Source: an uncultured Clostridia bacterium
GTDB lineage: Bacteria > Bacillota > Clostridia > TANB77 > CAG-508
NCBI GenBank assembly: GCA_949746675.1
Contig: CATKDT010000043.1
Location: 24,820 to 88,819 of the forward strand
Direction: 5' to 3'
DNA length: 64,000 nt
Part shown: piece by piece, positions 1 to 9,391 of the stretch
Numbering within the stretch: position 1 is the stretch's first letter
Layout: every line of letters begins with the position of its first letter
The notes under the pieces: generated by a model
Told to the model about the DNA's origin: nothing
Seen by the model: only the letters and a program-made list of their open reading frames with translations
The model's database searches: none
Translations under genes and position numbers: made by a program

Positions 1-111
1 ATTTTAAGCAATTTAATAAGAAATAACAACGATCTTGCACAAGCATCATATATAATTGAAGATTTCTTAAAAAACAAAGAAGACTTAGATAATAAAACAC
101 TAATTTCATAA
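1..111 (+). CDS. 3' end of an unidentified CDS entering from upstream of the window
   Basis: Frame 1 is open from base 1 to TAA at 109-111 (...NLIRNNNDLAQASYIIEDFLKNKEDLDNKTLIS*). It is purine-rich like other + strand genes and is followed by a hairpin terminator. Confidence 0.4.
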   Translation: MLSNLIRNNNDLAQASYIIEDFLKNKEDLDNKTLIS

Positions 112-207
112 AGCATTAAAATTAATTCCATTTGAATTCGTTATAAAAAAAGAAAATACTAAAATTAACAAAAGATAAGTTAAGAAAATAAATCTTTAAG
201 AAAATAT

Positions 208-248
208 AAAACAGAATAGTTTCAAAAGCTGAAGCTATTCTGTTTTTA
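208..248 (+). terminator. Rho-independent terminator
   Basis: ACAGAATAG (211-219) pairs with CTATTCTGT (235-243) and is followed by TTTTT. Confidence 0.6.
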
Positions 249-263
249 TATAAATTTAAATTA

Positions 264-292
264 TTGCAAATAAAGCAAAAATATGTTAATAT
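264..292 (+). promoter_or_regulatory. Sigma-A type promoter for tadA
   Basis: TTGCAA (264-269), 17-nt spacer, TGtTAATAT extended -10 (TAATAT at 287-292). Confidence 0.5.
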
Positions 293-324
293 ATATAAGT
301 CAATAAAAATTAAAGGAAAGAAAA

Positions 325-816
325 ATGAACAAAAAAGAAGTATTTATGAAAAGAGCGATAAATCAAGCAAATAAAGCATATAATAAACTAGAAGTACCAG
401 TTGGAGCTATAATAGTAAAAGATGATAAAATAATTGCAAGAGCATACAATCAAAAAGAAGGAAAAAAAGACGCAACAAAACATGCTGAAATAATAGCAAT
501 ACAAAAAGCAAGCAAAAAACTACAATCATGGAGACTACTAGACTGTGAAATGTATGTAACACTGGAACCATGCAGTATGTGTGCAGGAGCGATTATACAA
601 TCAAGAATAAAAAAAGTATATATAGGAGCAATGGATGAAAAAACAGGAAGTTGTGGTTCAGTATTTAATTTATTTAAAGACTATAAATTTAATCATCATG
701 TAGAAGTAGAATATAATGTATGCCAAACTGAATGTGAAGAAATACTAAAAGAATTTTTTAAAATGATTAGAAAAAACAAGAAAGCTAAAAACAAACTTGA
801 CTCGTCTATTATATAA
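325..816 (+). CDS. tadA: tRNA-specific adenosine deaminase (CMP/dCMP deaminase zinc-binding fold)
   Basis: 163 aa with HAE (..KHAEIIAI..) and PCSMCAGA zinc-binding motifs. Conserved position upstream of ffs-dnaX-ybaB-recR. SD AAAGGAAAG precedes the start. Confidence 0.9.
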   Translation: MNKKEVFMKRAINQANKAYNKLEVPVGAIIVKDDKIIARAYNQKEGKKDATKHAEIIAIQKASKKLQSWRLLDCEMYVTLEPCSMCAGAIIQSRIKKVYIGAMDEKTGSCGSVFNLFKDYKFNHHVEVEYNVCQTECEEILKEFFKMIRKNKKAKNKLDSSII

Positions 817-909
817 GGAGAAATACCGAAGTGGTCATAACGGAACTGTCTCGAAAACAGATTGTGAGTGAAAACTTGCACGTGGGTTCAAATCCCACTT
901 TCTCCGCCA
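817..909 (+). tRNA. tRNA-Ser (anticodon CGA), type II with long variable arm, CCA encoded
   Basis: Acceptor GGAGAAA/TTTCTCC, anticodon loop CTCGAAA, long extra arm, T arm GTGGG-TTCAAAT-CCCAC, then G-CCA. Confidence 0.85.
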
Positions 910-982
910 AAATAAAAATAAATATAGAAAATACATAAATAACCAAGAGCACATAAAAGTATTCAAAAGAAGGGAAAAAATA

Positions 983-1723
983 ATGAATAAAATAATAAAA
1001 AATAAAATAAATAAAGGGATAGTATTAGCAATAATAGTATTATCATTTGGTTTATCATTATCAATAATGTTAAAATACAAAACAGAAGGTGAAACCAATA
1101 TGCCATTTACGCTAAAGAAGATACAAACAATAAGTAGTGCAGAAGCAACGACAAAATCAGAAAATCCTGAAAACTATAAATGGAATATAGACATAAATCA
1201 ATATAATGATATATACATAGAATTACAAAAGAATCCAGAAAGTGACTTAATATCATATATAGAACAAATAACACTAGAAAACTTTGAAATAAAAAGCAAA
1301 AATAGCGAAAACATAAAAATATATATGCCAAATAGTACAGAAGGAAAAAGATTTATATATGAAGATAACTTTAAAGTAGAAGGAGCACTAACATATAAGG
1401 GAGCAAGTGAAAGTAATGAAAAAACACTTAGCATAGCAAACCAAGGGGGTACAATACTTTTTAGAGTATTAAATCAAAATATATCAGAATATTATTCAAA
1501 CGAAGACGAAGAAATGATGTATGATGGAAGATTACTAGAAAAATCAAACGTTAATCTCGAAGACACTAAAATAATATTAAGTTTTGATATAATAATACAA
1601 ACAGATAAAATAAAATATAAAGGAAGAATAACACTAGAGCTACCAACAGGGGATATAAAAAAAGAGGGAGTAACAACGAAAACAATAGAAAACTTTGAAA
1701 ACATTGTATTTAAACGAATGTAG
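983..1723 (+). CDS. Hypothetical N-terminally membrane-anchored protein
   Basis: 246-aa ORF with SD AAGGGA. It has an N-terminal hydrophobic segment (GIVLAIIVLSFGLSLSIML) and no motif I recognise. Confidence 0.65.
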   Translation: MNKIIKNKINKGIVLAIIVLSFGLSLSIMLKYKTEGETNMPFTLKKIQTISSAEATTKSENPENYKWNIDINQYNDIYIELQKNPESDLISYIEQITLENFEIKSKNSENIKIYMPNSTEGKRFIYEDNFKVEGALTYKGASESNEKTLSIANQGGTILFRVLNQNISEYYSNEDEEMMYDGRLLEKSNVNLEDTKIILSFDIIIQTDKIKYKGRITLELPTGDIKKEGVTTKTIENFENIVFKRM

Positions 1724-1802
1724 CAAATTCAAATATACAAAAACAATAAAAAATGTCATATGAAGAAGAAATTTATAAATTAAAAGAATGTAATAAAAAT
1801 AC

Positions 1803-1831
1803 TTGATAAACCAAAAAAAATAGTATATAAT
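1803..1831 (+). promoter_or_regulatory. Sigma-A promoter for SRP RNA
   Basis: TTGATA (1803-1808), 17-nt spacer, TATAAT (1826-1831), ending about 5 nt before the RNA closing helix. Confidence 0.65.
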
Positions 1832-1835
1832 AGGC

Positions 1836-1977
1836 GTGGGTATGAGAATATTTCTTTAGTTTAGGGTATTTTCAATAGAAGACTATGAACCTTGTCAGGT
1901 CCGGAAGGAAGCAGCAATAAGTAGAACCTTTTATGTGGAGATATCCTAAACTAAAGGAATATAAAACATACCCACAT
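1836..1977 (+). ncRNA. ffs: Signal recognition particle RNA (4.5S/scRNA type)
   Basis: Contains the conserved helix-8 sequence GTCAGGTCCGGAAGGAAGCAGC (about 1894-1915). A long closing helix pairs GTGGGTATG (1836-1844) with CATACCCAC (1967-1975). It sits in the canonical tadA-ffs-dnaX position. Confidence 0.8.
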
Positions 1978-2036
1978 TTAACATTTAGAGAAATAAATTC
2001 ATTTTAATTTCTTAAGAAAAAGAAAGGACAATGAAA

Positions 2037-3644
2037 ATGGAATATACAGCATTATATAGAAGATTTAGACCAATATCATTTAAAGAAATACTGGGACAAG
2101 AACACATAACAACAACATTAAAAAACCAGGTAATATCAGATAGAGTTGGACATGCATATTTATTCACAGGAAGTAGAGGATGTGGGAAAACATCATCAGC
2201 AAAAGTGTTAGCTAGAGCAATAAATTGTTTAAATGTAAAAGACGGAGAACCATGTAATGAATGTAGTATATGTGAATCAGCATTAGATGGGTCATTAACA
2301 GATATAGTTGAAATGGATGCAGCCTCAAATAATGGTGTAGATGATATAAGGGCAATAAGAGACGAAGTAAACTTTTTACCAACAATAGCAAAATATAGGG
2401 TATATATCATAGATGAGGTACATATGTTATCAACAGGAGCATTTAACGCACTTTTAAAAACACTAGAAGAACCACCAAAACATGTTAAATTTATATTAGC
2501 GACAACAGAACCACAAAAGTTACCAGCGACAATACTTTCAAGGTGTCAAAGATTTGACTTCAAGAAAATATCAGAAAATAAAATAATAGAAAACTTAGAA
2601 AAAATTTGTGAGGAATGCAAAATAAAATATGCATCAAAAGCATTAGACTTAATTGCAGAACTTGCAGAGGGTGGAATGAGAGATGCATTATCAATATTAG
2701 AAAGATGCGCAGAAGATGGAGAAAATCAAATAACAGAGGACAAAATAAAAGACTTAGTAGGAATACCAGAAAAAAAATATATATCAAAAATAGTTGAAAC
2801 AATAATAAATTATAACACAGAAACAGCACTAGAAATTACTGAACAGGCCATAAAAGAAGGAAAAGATATAAATAATTTATTATGGGAAACTGTTAAATAT
2901 ATAAAAGACATATTGTTGTTAAAGACAACAAATTCAATATCAAACATCTATAATGAAGAAGACATAAGAATAATGCAAGATATAATAAATAATGTTGAAA
3001 AACAAAGATTGCTAAACATAATATATGATTTATCTAAATTGGAAAATGACATAAAATGGTCGTCACAAAAGAACATAGTATTTCAAGTAGGAATATTGAA
3101 ATTATGTACAGAAGAAACGTATACAATAATAGAACAAAATAAAAAAAATCAAACAAAAAATATAATAGAAAATAAAAAAATTAGTGATGAAAAAGAAAAT
3201 AACCAAAAAATAAAAACACTGAAAAATAACGAAGAAATAATACAAGAAAACAACCAAAAAATAGGAGAAAATGATAAAAAAAATAGTGAAAAAAATCAAA
3301 CACCACCAAAAGCAGTGTTTTGGAATAAAGTAATTGAAACACTAAGACAAGACAGAAATCAAATACTATGTTCAAACTTAGTAGGAACAAATGCAATAAT
3401 AATAGACGATATGACAGTGGGAATAGAATTTCAAGGTGGAATCAATAGTTTTAAAAAGAGCATAATAGAAAAAAGTGAAAATATGAATGAACTAAGAAGA
3501 TTAGTATCAATAGAATGTAAAAAAGACATGAGAATAAAGCTAATTGAAGGAGAGCATAAAACAATCACTGACATAGAACAAGTACAATCATCAGAAAATA
3601 ATAATTCATTAGGAATAGGAATAAATATAAATATAATTGATTAA
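2037..3644 (+). CDS. dnaX: DNA polymerase III subunit gamma/tau
   Basis: N-terminus MEYTALYRRFRP, Walker A GSRGCGKTS, zinc module CNECSIC, SRC motif (LSRCQRF). The ORF opens at 2031, but the ATG at 2037 has better SD spacing (GAAAGGA). Confidence 0.9.
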   Translation: MEYTALYRRFRPISFKEILGQEHITTTLKNQVISDRVGHAYLFTGSRGCGKTSSAKVLARAINCLNVKDGEPCNECSICESALDGSLTDIVEMDAASNNGVDDIRAIRDEVNFLPTIAKYRVYIIDEVHMLSTGAFNALLKTLEEPPKHVKFILATTEPQKLPATILSRCQRFDFKKISENKIIENLEKICEECKIKYASKALDLIAELAEGGMRDALSILERCAEDGENQITEDKIKDLVGIPEKKYISKIVETIINYNTETALEITEQAIKEGKDINNLLWETVKYIKDILLLKTTNSISNIYNEEDIRIMQDIINNVEKQRLLNIIYDLSKLENDIKWSSQKNIVFQVGILKLCTEETYTIIEQNKKNQTKNIIENKKISDEKENNQKIKTLKNNEEIIQENNQKIGENDKKNSEKNQTPPKAVFWNKVIETLRQDRNQILCSNLVGTNAIIIDDMTVGIEFQGGINSFKKSIIEKSENMNELRRLVSIECKKDMRIKLIEGEHKTITDIEQVQSSENNNSLGIGININIID

Positions 3645-3717
3645 ATAATTAATATTTTAGATAATAACAAGAAATTAAAGAATAAAAATAAAAAAATATG
3701 AAAAGGAGGAACAGGAA

Positions 3718-4047
3718 ATGTCAAGAGGAGGATTTCCAGGAGGGTTCGGTGGAATGAACATGAATCAATTAATGAAACAAGCAAGAAAAATGCAAGAGGA
3801 TATGGAAAAGTCACAAGCTAATTTAGCAAGCCAAATATTTGAAAGTACAGCAGGAGGTGGAGCAGTATATGTAAGAGTAAATGGAGCAAAAGAAGTACAA
3901 GAAATAAAAATAAAAAAAGAAATAGTAGATCCAGAGGACGTAGAAATGCTACAAGACATCATTTTAACTTGTGTAAATGATGCATTGAAAAAGGTAGATA
4001 CAGCAACATCACAAGAATTTGGAAAATATAATATACCAGGACTATAA
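3718..4047 (+). CDS. ybaB: YbaB/EbfC family nucleoid-associated protein
   Basis: 109 aa containing MNQLMKQARKMQEDMEKSQ, with the typical size and position between dnaX and recR. Confidence 0.9.
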   Translation: MSRGGFPGGFGGMNMNQLMKQARKMQEDMEKSQANLASQIFESTAGGGAVYVRVNGAKEVQEIKIKKEIVDPEDVEMLQDIILTCVNDALKKVDTATSQEFGKYNIPGL

Positions 4048-4130
4048 ACATTATAACTATACAATTCATAATATAAAAGGATTACAATAAAAATAGTTTT
4101 ATTAAAAAGACTATATAATAAGGAGCAAGA

Positions 4131-4730
4131 ATGTCATACTATTCACCATCAATAGAAAAGCTAATAGAAAATTTTGAAAAACTTCCAAGCATAGGAAATA
4201 AAACAGCGATAAGACTTGCATTTCATATATTAAATTCAAGCGAAGAAGAAACAAATGAATTTATAAAAAGTATACAAGAAGCAAAGAAAAACTTAAAATT
4301 CTGTTCAAAATGTTATAATATATCAGACACAGACCCATGCGAAATATGTAAAAATGCTACTAGAGATCAGAGTAAAATATGTGTTGTAGAAGATGTAAAA
4401 GATGTAGTAGCAATTGAAAAAATACACGAATATAAAGGCCTATACCATGTACTACATGGAACAATATCACCAATGGACGGAATAGGACCAGAAGATATAA
4501 AAATAAAAGAATTACTATCAAGACTAATGGAAGGAACAGTAAAAGAAGTAATACTTGCAACAAATCCGAAAGTAGAGGGAGAAGCAACAGCAATGTATAT
4601 ATCAAAGTTAATAAAGCCAATGGGAATAAAAGCAACAAGGCTAGCACATGGAATACCAGTAGGAGGAGACTTGGAATATACAGATGAATTTACTTTAGGA
4701 AAAGCATTTGAAGGAAGAGTAGAACTTTAA
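4131..4730 (+). CDS. recR: Recombination protein RecR
   Basis: 199 aa with [24 protein letters not shown], a C4 zinc finger ([16 protein letters not shown]) and a Toprim region. Confidence 0.95.
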   Translation: MSYYSPSIEKLIENFEKLPSIGNKTAIRLAFHILNSSEEETNEFIKSIQEAKKNLKFCSKCYNISDTDPCEICKNATRDQSKICVVEDVKDVVAIEKIHEYKGLYHVLHGTISPMDGIGPEDIKIKELLSRLMEGTVKEVILATNPKVEGEATAMYISKLIKPMGIKATRLAHGIPVGGDLEYTDEFTLGKAFEGRVEL

Positions 4731-4830
4731 AAAGTCATAAATAAGAATTAATAATAAATTAAAAAAACAATAAATTTATAATAAAAAGGATTGACAAGAA
4801 ATGACTTATTTGTAGGAGGGGCTATATAAA

Positions 4831-5970
4831 ATGAAAAAAATATTAATTTTTTATGCATCCTATGGTGGAGGACATTTGTCAGCAGCTAAATCAATAAAAC
4901 AATATATAGAACAAAATTACAAGAATTATAAAATAGAAATGATAGATTGTATGAAATACATAAATACAGGAATAGAAAAAATAACAACAGACTCCTATAA
5001 ACTAATGGCAAAAAATATGCCATGGGCATGGGGCGAAATATACAAGTTATCAAATAAAGGACCAGTTGCACATATAAGCAAAGTATCCAATAAAATTATG
5101 TCAGTAAAACTTATAAAGCTATTTAAAGAATATGAGCCAGACATAGTTATATCAACACACCCATTTAGTACACAGATGACAGCTGAACTAAAAAAATATA
5201 AAGTAACACAATGTGTATTAGCTACAATAATGACAGATTTTGCACCACATAACCAATGGTTAGTAGGACATAAATATATAGACTATATCTTTGTATCTCA
5301 TGAAGGGATGAAAAAAGAAATCTCAAAAAAGGACATCCCTGGTGAAAAAGTAAGAGCAACAGGAATTCCATTATCAAATAGATTTTTACAACATTATGAC
5401 AAAAGCGAAATAAAAAAAGCATTTAAATTAGATATAGACAAAAAAACAATTTTATTTTTTGGCGGTGGAGAATTTGGATTAGGAAAAGATAAAACAATAA
5501 ATATACTAAAATCATTTATAAAAAATATATCAAATAAATATCAAATAGTAGTCATTTCAGGGAAAAATAAAAAAATGCAAGAAAATTTCAACGCCATCGT
5601 AAAACAGGAACATGTTGGAAAAGATGTAAAAGTATTAGGTTACACTAATAAAGTTCCAGAACTAATGAGTATATCAGATTTAGTAGTAACAAAACCAGGA
5701 GGACTTACAATAACCGAAAGTTTAGCATCAGGACTTCCAATAATAGCAATAAGTCCAATACCTGGACAAGAAGAAGAAAATGCAGAATTTTTAGAAGACG
5801 CTGGAATAGCAGTATGGATTAGGAAAAAACAAGATCCAGAGGAAATTGTAAAAAAATTATTAGAAAATGAGGAAAAACTAAAACATATGAAAATACGAGC
5901 AAAATTAATGGCTAAGAAAAATTCGTGTAAAAATATATGTGAAACAATTTTAGGTAAAGCAACCAAGTAA
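4831..5970 (+). CDS. MGDG-synthase/UgtP-like diacylglycerol glycosyltransferase (GT28 family)
   Basis: 379 aa with N-terminal ASYGGGH and a C-terminal GT-B motif (TKPGGLTITESLASGLP). Confidence 0.75.
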   Translation: MKKILIFYASYGGGHLSAAKSIKQYIEQNYKNYKIEMIDCMKYINTGIEKITTDSYKLMAKNMPWAWGEIYKLSNKGPVAHISKVSNKIMSVKLIKLFKEYEPDIVISTHPFSTQMTAELKKYKVTQCVLATIMTDFAPHNQWLVGHKYIDYIFVSHEGMKKEISKKDIPGEKVRATGIPLSNRFLQHYDKSEIKKAFKLDIDKKTILFFGGGEFGLGKDKTINILKSFIKNISNKYQIVVISGKNKKMQENFNAIVKQEHVGKDVKVLGYTNKVPELMSISDLVVTKPGGLTITESLASGLPIIAISPIPGQEEENAEFLEDAGIAVWIRKKQDPEEIVKKLLENEEKLKHMKIRAKLMAKKNSCKNICETILGKATK

Positions 5971-6035
5971 AACCTTAAAAATTCAAGGCAATGAACAAAA
6001 ACAATGCAGTTAACATAATATAAAAATAGGGCAAT

Positions 6036-6064
6036 TTGACATTTATGAAAAAAAATGGTATAAT
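6036..6064 (+). promoter_or_regulatory. Consensus sigma-A promoter
   Basis: TTGACA (6036-6041), 17-nt spacer, TGgTATAAT (TATAAT at 6059-6064). Confidence 0.65.
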
Positions 6065-6093
6065 AAATCTGTTGTAATCTTAAAGGAGGTTTT

Positions 6094-7089
6094 ATGAGAA
6101 AACACATAAGTGTACAAGATAAACCAGAGAACACAATACTTTCATTAAAGAAAATATTAATCATTTCTTTAATATTCTTTTTAATAGCAAGTATGATGGG
6201 AGTTATGGCATCAAATGGTCAATTGAAAAATGTAAAAATAGTTTTATCAAGTGGCTATGAAATGAACATAATGACATCAAAATCAACAGTAGAAGAAATA
6301 TTAAAAGAAAACAATATAGTAGTTTTAGATGAAGAAAATGTTACACCAAACTTAAACGAAGAATTATCAGACAATAAAACTATTATAATACAAAAAGGCG
6401 AGAAAAAAGTAAAAGGAATAGCCTCATATTTCTCAGAAGAAGAAATATTAGAAAGCTATAAATCAATAGTAGAAAAAATAGTAACAGTGCAAGAAGATAT
6501 TCCATATGAAACAATAACAAAGGACGTATCGAATTCAGGAAGTCAAACACAAGAAAGAATTGTTCAAGTAGGATCAAATGGAATAAAAGAGATAACATAC
6601 AAAGTTAAGTACCAAAATGGCGAAGAAATTGAAAGAGAAGTAATATCAGAAAATATAATAAAAGAACCAGTAGCAAAAATTGTAGAAGTTAGAACAAGAG
6701 CTATTTCATCAAGAAGTGGAATTAGCACAGGTTCAGAACTAGAAACAATATGGGCGATAGTTAGACAAGAAGGTGGATCAAGCTACGAAAGTTCACTAGC
6801 AGTTGCATCATCAGCTGTAAATAGAATAAATAGTTCAAGATGGTCAAGAAATGGATCAACAATATATGCGCAATTAACGGCACCAGGACAATATTGTTAT
6901 TCAATAGACAGACATTGGGTAAAATACCTAGGAGGAAACGTACCAGAATATGTAAAACAGGCTGTAGCAGATGCAATGGGAGGAAAAACAAACCATCCAT
7001 ATACATCATTTAGATCATATAGAGCATCAACAGCGTCACAAAAGGCAAGTGGTGTAACTATTGGAGGAAACGTATATTTTGGAAATTAA
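6094..7089 (+). CDS. Membrane-anchored DUF348/G5 domain protein with C-terminal SleB-type cell wall hydrolase domain
   Basis: 331 aa with an N-terminal TM. The middle region resembles YabE-like DUF348+G5 (..ERIVQVGSNGIKEITYKVKYQNGEEIEREV..). The C-terminus (WAIVRQEGGSSYESSLAVASSAVNRI...APGQY) resembles the Hydrolase_2/SleB catalytic domain. Confidence 0.7.
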   Translation: MRKHISVQDKPENTILSLKKILIISLIFFLIASMMGVMASNGQLKNVKIVLSSGYEMNIMTSKSTVEEILKENNIVVLDEENVTPNLNEELSDNKTIIIQKGEKKVKGIASYFSEEEILESYKSIVEKIVTVQEDIPYETITKDVSNSGSQTQERIVQVGSNGIKEITYKVKYQNGEEIEREVISENIIKEPVAKIVEVRTRAISSRSGISTGSELETIWAIVRQEGGSSYESSLAVASSAVNRINSSRWSRNGSTIYAQLTAPGQYCYSIDRHWVKYLGGNVPEYVKQAVADAMGGKTNHPYTSFRSYRASTASQKASGVTIGGNVYFGN

Positions 7090-7096
7090 TATAAAA

Positions 7097-7128
7097 AATT
7101 AGAGAATCAATAAAGGTTCTCTAATTTT
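7097..7128 (+). terminator. Rho-independent terminator
   Basis: TTAGAGAA (7099-7106) pairs with TTCTCTAA (7117-7124), followed by TTTT. Confidence 0.6.
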
Positions 7129-7247
7129 ATATAATAGGTCCGATTTGTTCTATAAAAGAAAAATGTCGACAAATATATTTTAAAATTAAGAAGAAAGGAA
7201 TTAATTAAATAGATTAATATTTCTATATAATTGATTATATGAGAGAA

Positions 7248-8057
7248 ATGAAATTAATTTCGTGGAATGTAAATGGACTAAGAGCAGCAATAAAAAAGGG
7301 ATTTCTTGATTTTTATGAAGATACAAAAGCTGATATCTTTAGTATACAAGAAACAAAAATGCAAGAAGAGCAAATAGATGAAGAGATAAAGAAAATTAAA
7401 GGATGCCAATATTGGAACAGTGCTGAAAAGAAAGGATATTCAGGAACAGCAGTATTTACAAAGGAAAAACCATTATCAGTGATATATGGAATTACAGAAG
7501 AACAAGAAAAAATACTTCAACAAAAAATGTCAAAAGATAGATTACTATTAACAGAAAATAATGAAGGAAGACTAATAACTTGTGAATATGATAAATTTTA
7601 TTTAGTAAATTGCTATATACCAAACTCCAAAAGAGAACTGGAAAGACTAACATACCGTATGGAATGGGAAGATGAAATTAGACAATATCTTACAGAATTA
7701 GACAAAATAAAGCCCATAATTTATTGTGGAGATTTAAATGTTGCACACAAAGAAATAGACTTGAAAAATCCATCAAGTAATCACCATAATGCTGGATTTA
7801 CAGATGAAGAAAGAGGAAAAATGACAGAGTTATTGGATGCAGGATTTATCGACACATTCAGACATCTATATCCAGAAAAAACAGGAGAATATACTTGGTG
7901 GTCATACATGTTTCATGCAAGAGAAAACAATGCAGGATGGAGAATTGACTATTTTATAGTATCAGACAGAATTAAAAGCAAAATAAAAAACGTAAAAATA
8001 CATAGAGAAATTATGGGATCAGATCATTGTCCTGTTGAATTAGATATAAATATATAA
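7248..8057 (+). CDS. xth: Exodeoxyribonuclease III (AP endonuclease)
   Basis: MKLISWNVNGLRA, QETK, and a GSDHCPV C-terminal motif. The ORF opens at 7239, but MKLISWNVNG is the canonical N-terminus. Confidence 0.9.
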   Translation: MKLISWNVNGLRAAIKKGFLDFYEDTKADIFSIQETKMQEEQIDEEIKKIKGCQYWNSAEKKGYSGTAVFTKEKPLSVIYGITEEQEKILQQKMSKDRLLLTENNEGRLITCEYDKFYLVNCYIPNSKRELERLTYRMEWEDEIRQYLTELDKIKPIIYCGDLNVAHKEIDLKNPSSNHHNAGFTDEERGKMTELLDAGFIDTFRHLYPEKTGEYTWWSYMFHARENNAGWRIDYFIVSDRIKSKIKNVKIHREIMGSDHCPVELDINI

Positions 8058-8156
8058 TACACGAAATACTACGAAGATAACAATTTATAAAAAAAATAAA
8101 TTAAAATAAAACGGAAATAATTTAAACTATAAAGTGAAAAAGAAAGGAAAGATAGT

Positions 8157-9302
8157 ATGAAAGAAAAAATAATGGGAACCAAAAGATGGTTTTATTATGT
8201 ATCAATAGGTATAGTTTTAATAATAGTTTATAAATTTTTAGACAATTTCACAGGCATAGGAATGTGGTTAGGAAAATTATTAGGAATACTAGCACCATTT
8301 TTACTTGCAATTCTATTTGCATACATACTATATACACCCTGTAAAAAAGTAGAAAATCTCATAAAAACAAAAACGAAAAGCAAACATGCAAGAGGCATAA
8401 GTTTACTTATCGTATATATAATTACAGCAATGATAGTATATTTAATATTAAAATTTATAATACCAGCAATGTTTAATAGTATAATAGATTTAGTAAACAA
8501 TGCACAAAATTACTATAATGGAATAAAAAACCTAGAAATAGGAGATGAAACATTAACACCATTTATAAAAGACAATATATTAAAACCAATAGTAGAATTT
8601 ATCACGAAAATTGATTTCCAAGAAATGTTTACAATGGAAAAAATAATAAGTTATATAAGTTCAGTAATGGGAATAGTAAAATTTATTATAAATGGATTTA
8701 TATCAATAATTTGTTCAATATATATATTAGCAGAAAGAGAAGCAATAGTTGGGTTTTTAAATAGACTTGCAAAAGCACTATTATCAAAAAGAAAATATGA
8801 TTACGTACAAAAATATTTTAATAGTGGAAATCTTATATTTTTTAAATTTATATCAAGCCAATTGTTGGATGCATTTGTAGTAGCAGTAATAATGTCAGTG
8901 GCTTTATCAATAATGAAAGTAAAATATGGAATAGCACTAGGAGTAATGATAGGTGTATTTAATTTAATCCCATATTTTGGAGCAATAATAGCAGTAGTAG
9001 CAGCAGCTTTAATTACGATACTAACAGGTGGATGGGAACAAGCAATAATAATGGTAATAGTAACAACCGTATTACAACAAATTGATGCAAACATAATAAA
9101 TCCAAGGATAACTAGTAACAAACTAGACATAAGCCCACTACTCGTAATATTTGCAGTAACAGTTGGAGGTGCATATTTTGGGGTAATAGGAATGTTCCTA
9201 GGAGTACCGATAGCAGTACTAATAAAAACAGTTTTAGAAGATTATATAAAAAGCAATCAAAGAGTAGAAGAAAATATGTCTAAAAAAGAAAATATAGAAT
9301 AA
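8157..9302 (+). CDS. AI-2E family (PerM/YtvI-like) transporter
   Basis: 381-aa polytopic membrane protein with the family-typical NLIPYFGAIIA and IINPRI segments. Confidence 0.8.
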   Translation: MKEKIMGTKRWFYYVSIGIVLIIVYKFLDNFTGIGMWLGKLLGILAPFLLAILFAYILYTPCKKVENLIKTKTKSKHARGISLLIVYIITAMIVYLILKFIIPAMFNSIIDLVNNAQNYYNGIKNLEIGDETLTPFIKDNILKPIVEFITKIDFQEMFTMEKIISYISSVMGIVKFIINGFISIICSIYILAEREAIVGFLNRLAKALLSKRKYDYVQKYFNSGNLIFFKFISSQLLDAFVVAVIMSVALSIMKVKYGIALGVMIGVFNLIPYFGAIIAVVAAALITILTGGWEQAIIMVIVTTVLQQIDANIINPRITSNKLDISPLLVIFAVTVGGAYFGVIGMFLGVPIAVLIKTVLEDYIKSNQRVEENMSKKENIE

Positions 9303-9305
9303 TAA

Positions 9306-9343
9306 AAAATCATTGAATCTACATATGTATATTCAATGATTTT
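9306..9343. terminator. Bidirectional hairpin terminator between convergent genes
   Basis: AAAATCATTGAAT (9306-9318) pairs with ATTCAATGATTTT (9331-9343). Confidence 0.6.
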
Positions 9344-9391
9344 ATTAATTTAAAAATAAATCACCCAAGTTACAGAATAATTGTATAAAAA

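Noticed and set aside
2615-2797. Same-strand alternative-frame ORFs rich in Arg/Lys/Asn (2615-2797, 49650-49841, 59900-60091, 39125-39349)
   Set aside because: They are embedded in, or antisense to, strongly supported genes. They have no SD, and their composition is typical of frame-shifted A-rich codons.
3130-3300. A-runs in dnaX (for example AATAAAAAAAATCAAAC) as a possible -1 frameshift site producing a gamma subunit
   Set aside because: No downstream hairpin or upstream SD-like element was seen. The region is simply K/N-rich low-complexity linker, and A-runs are ubiquitous in this genome.
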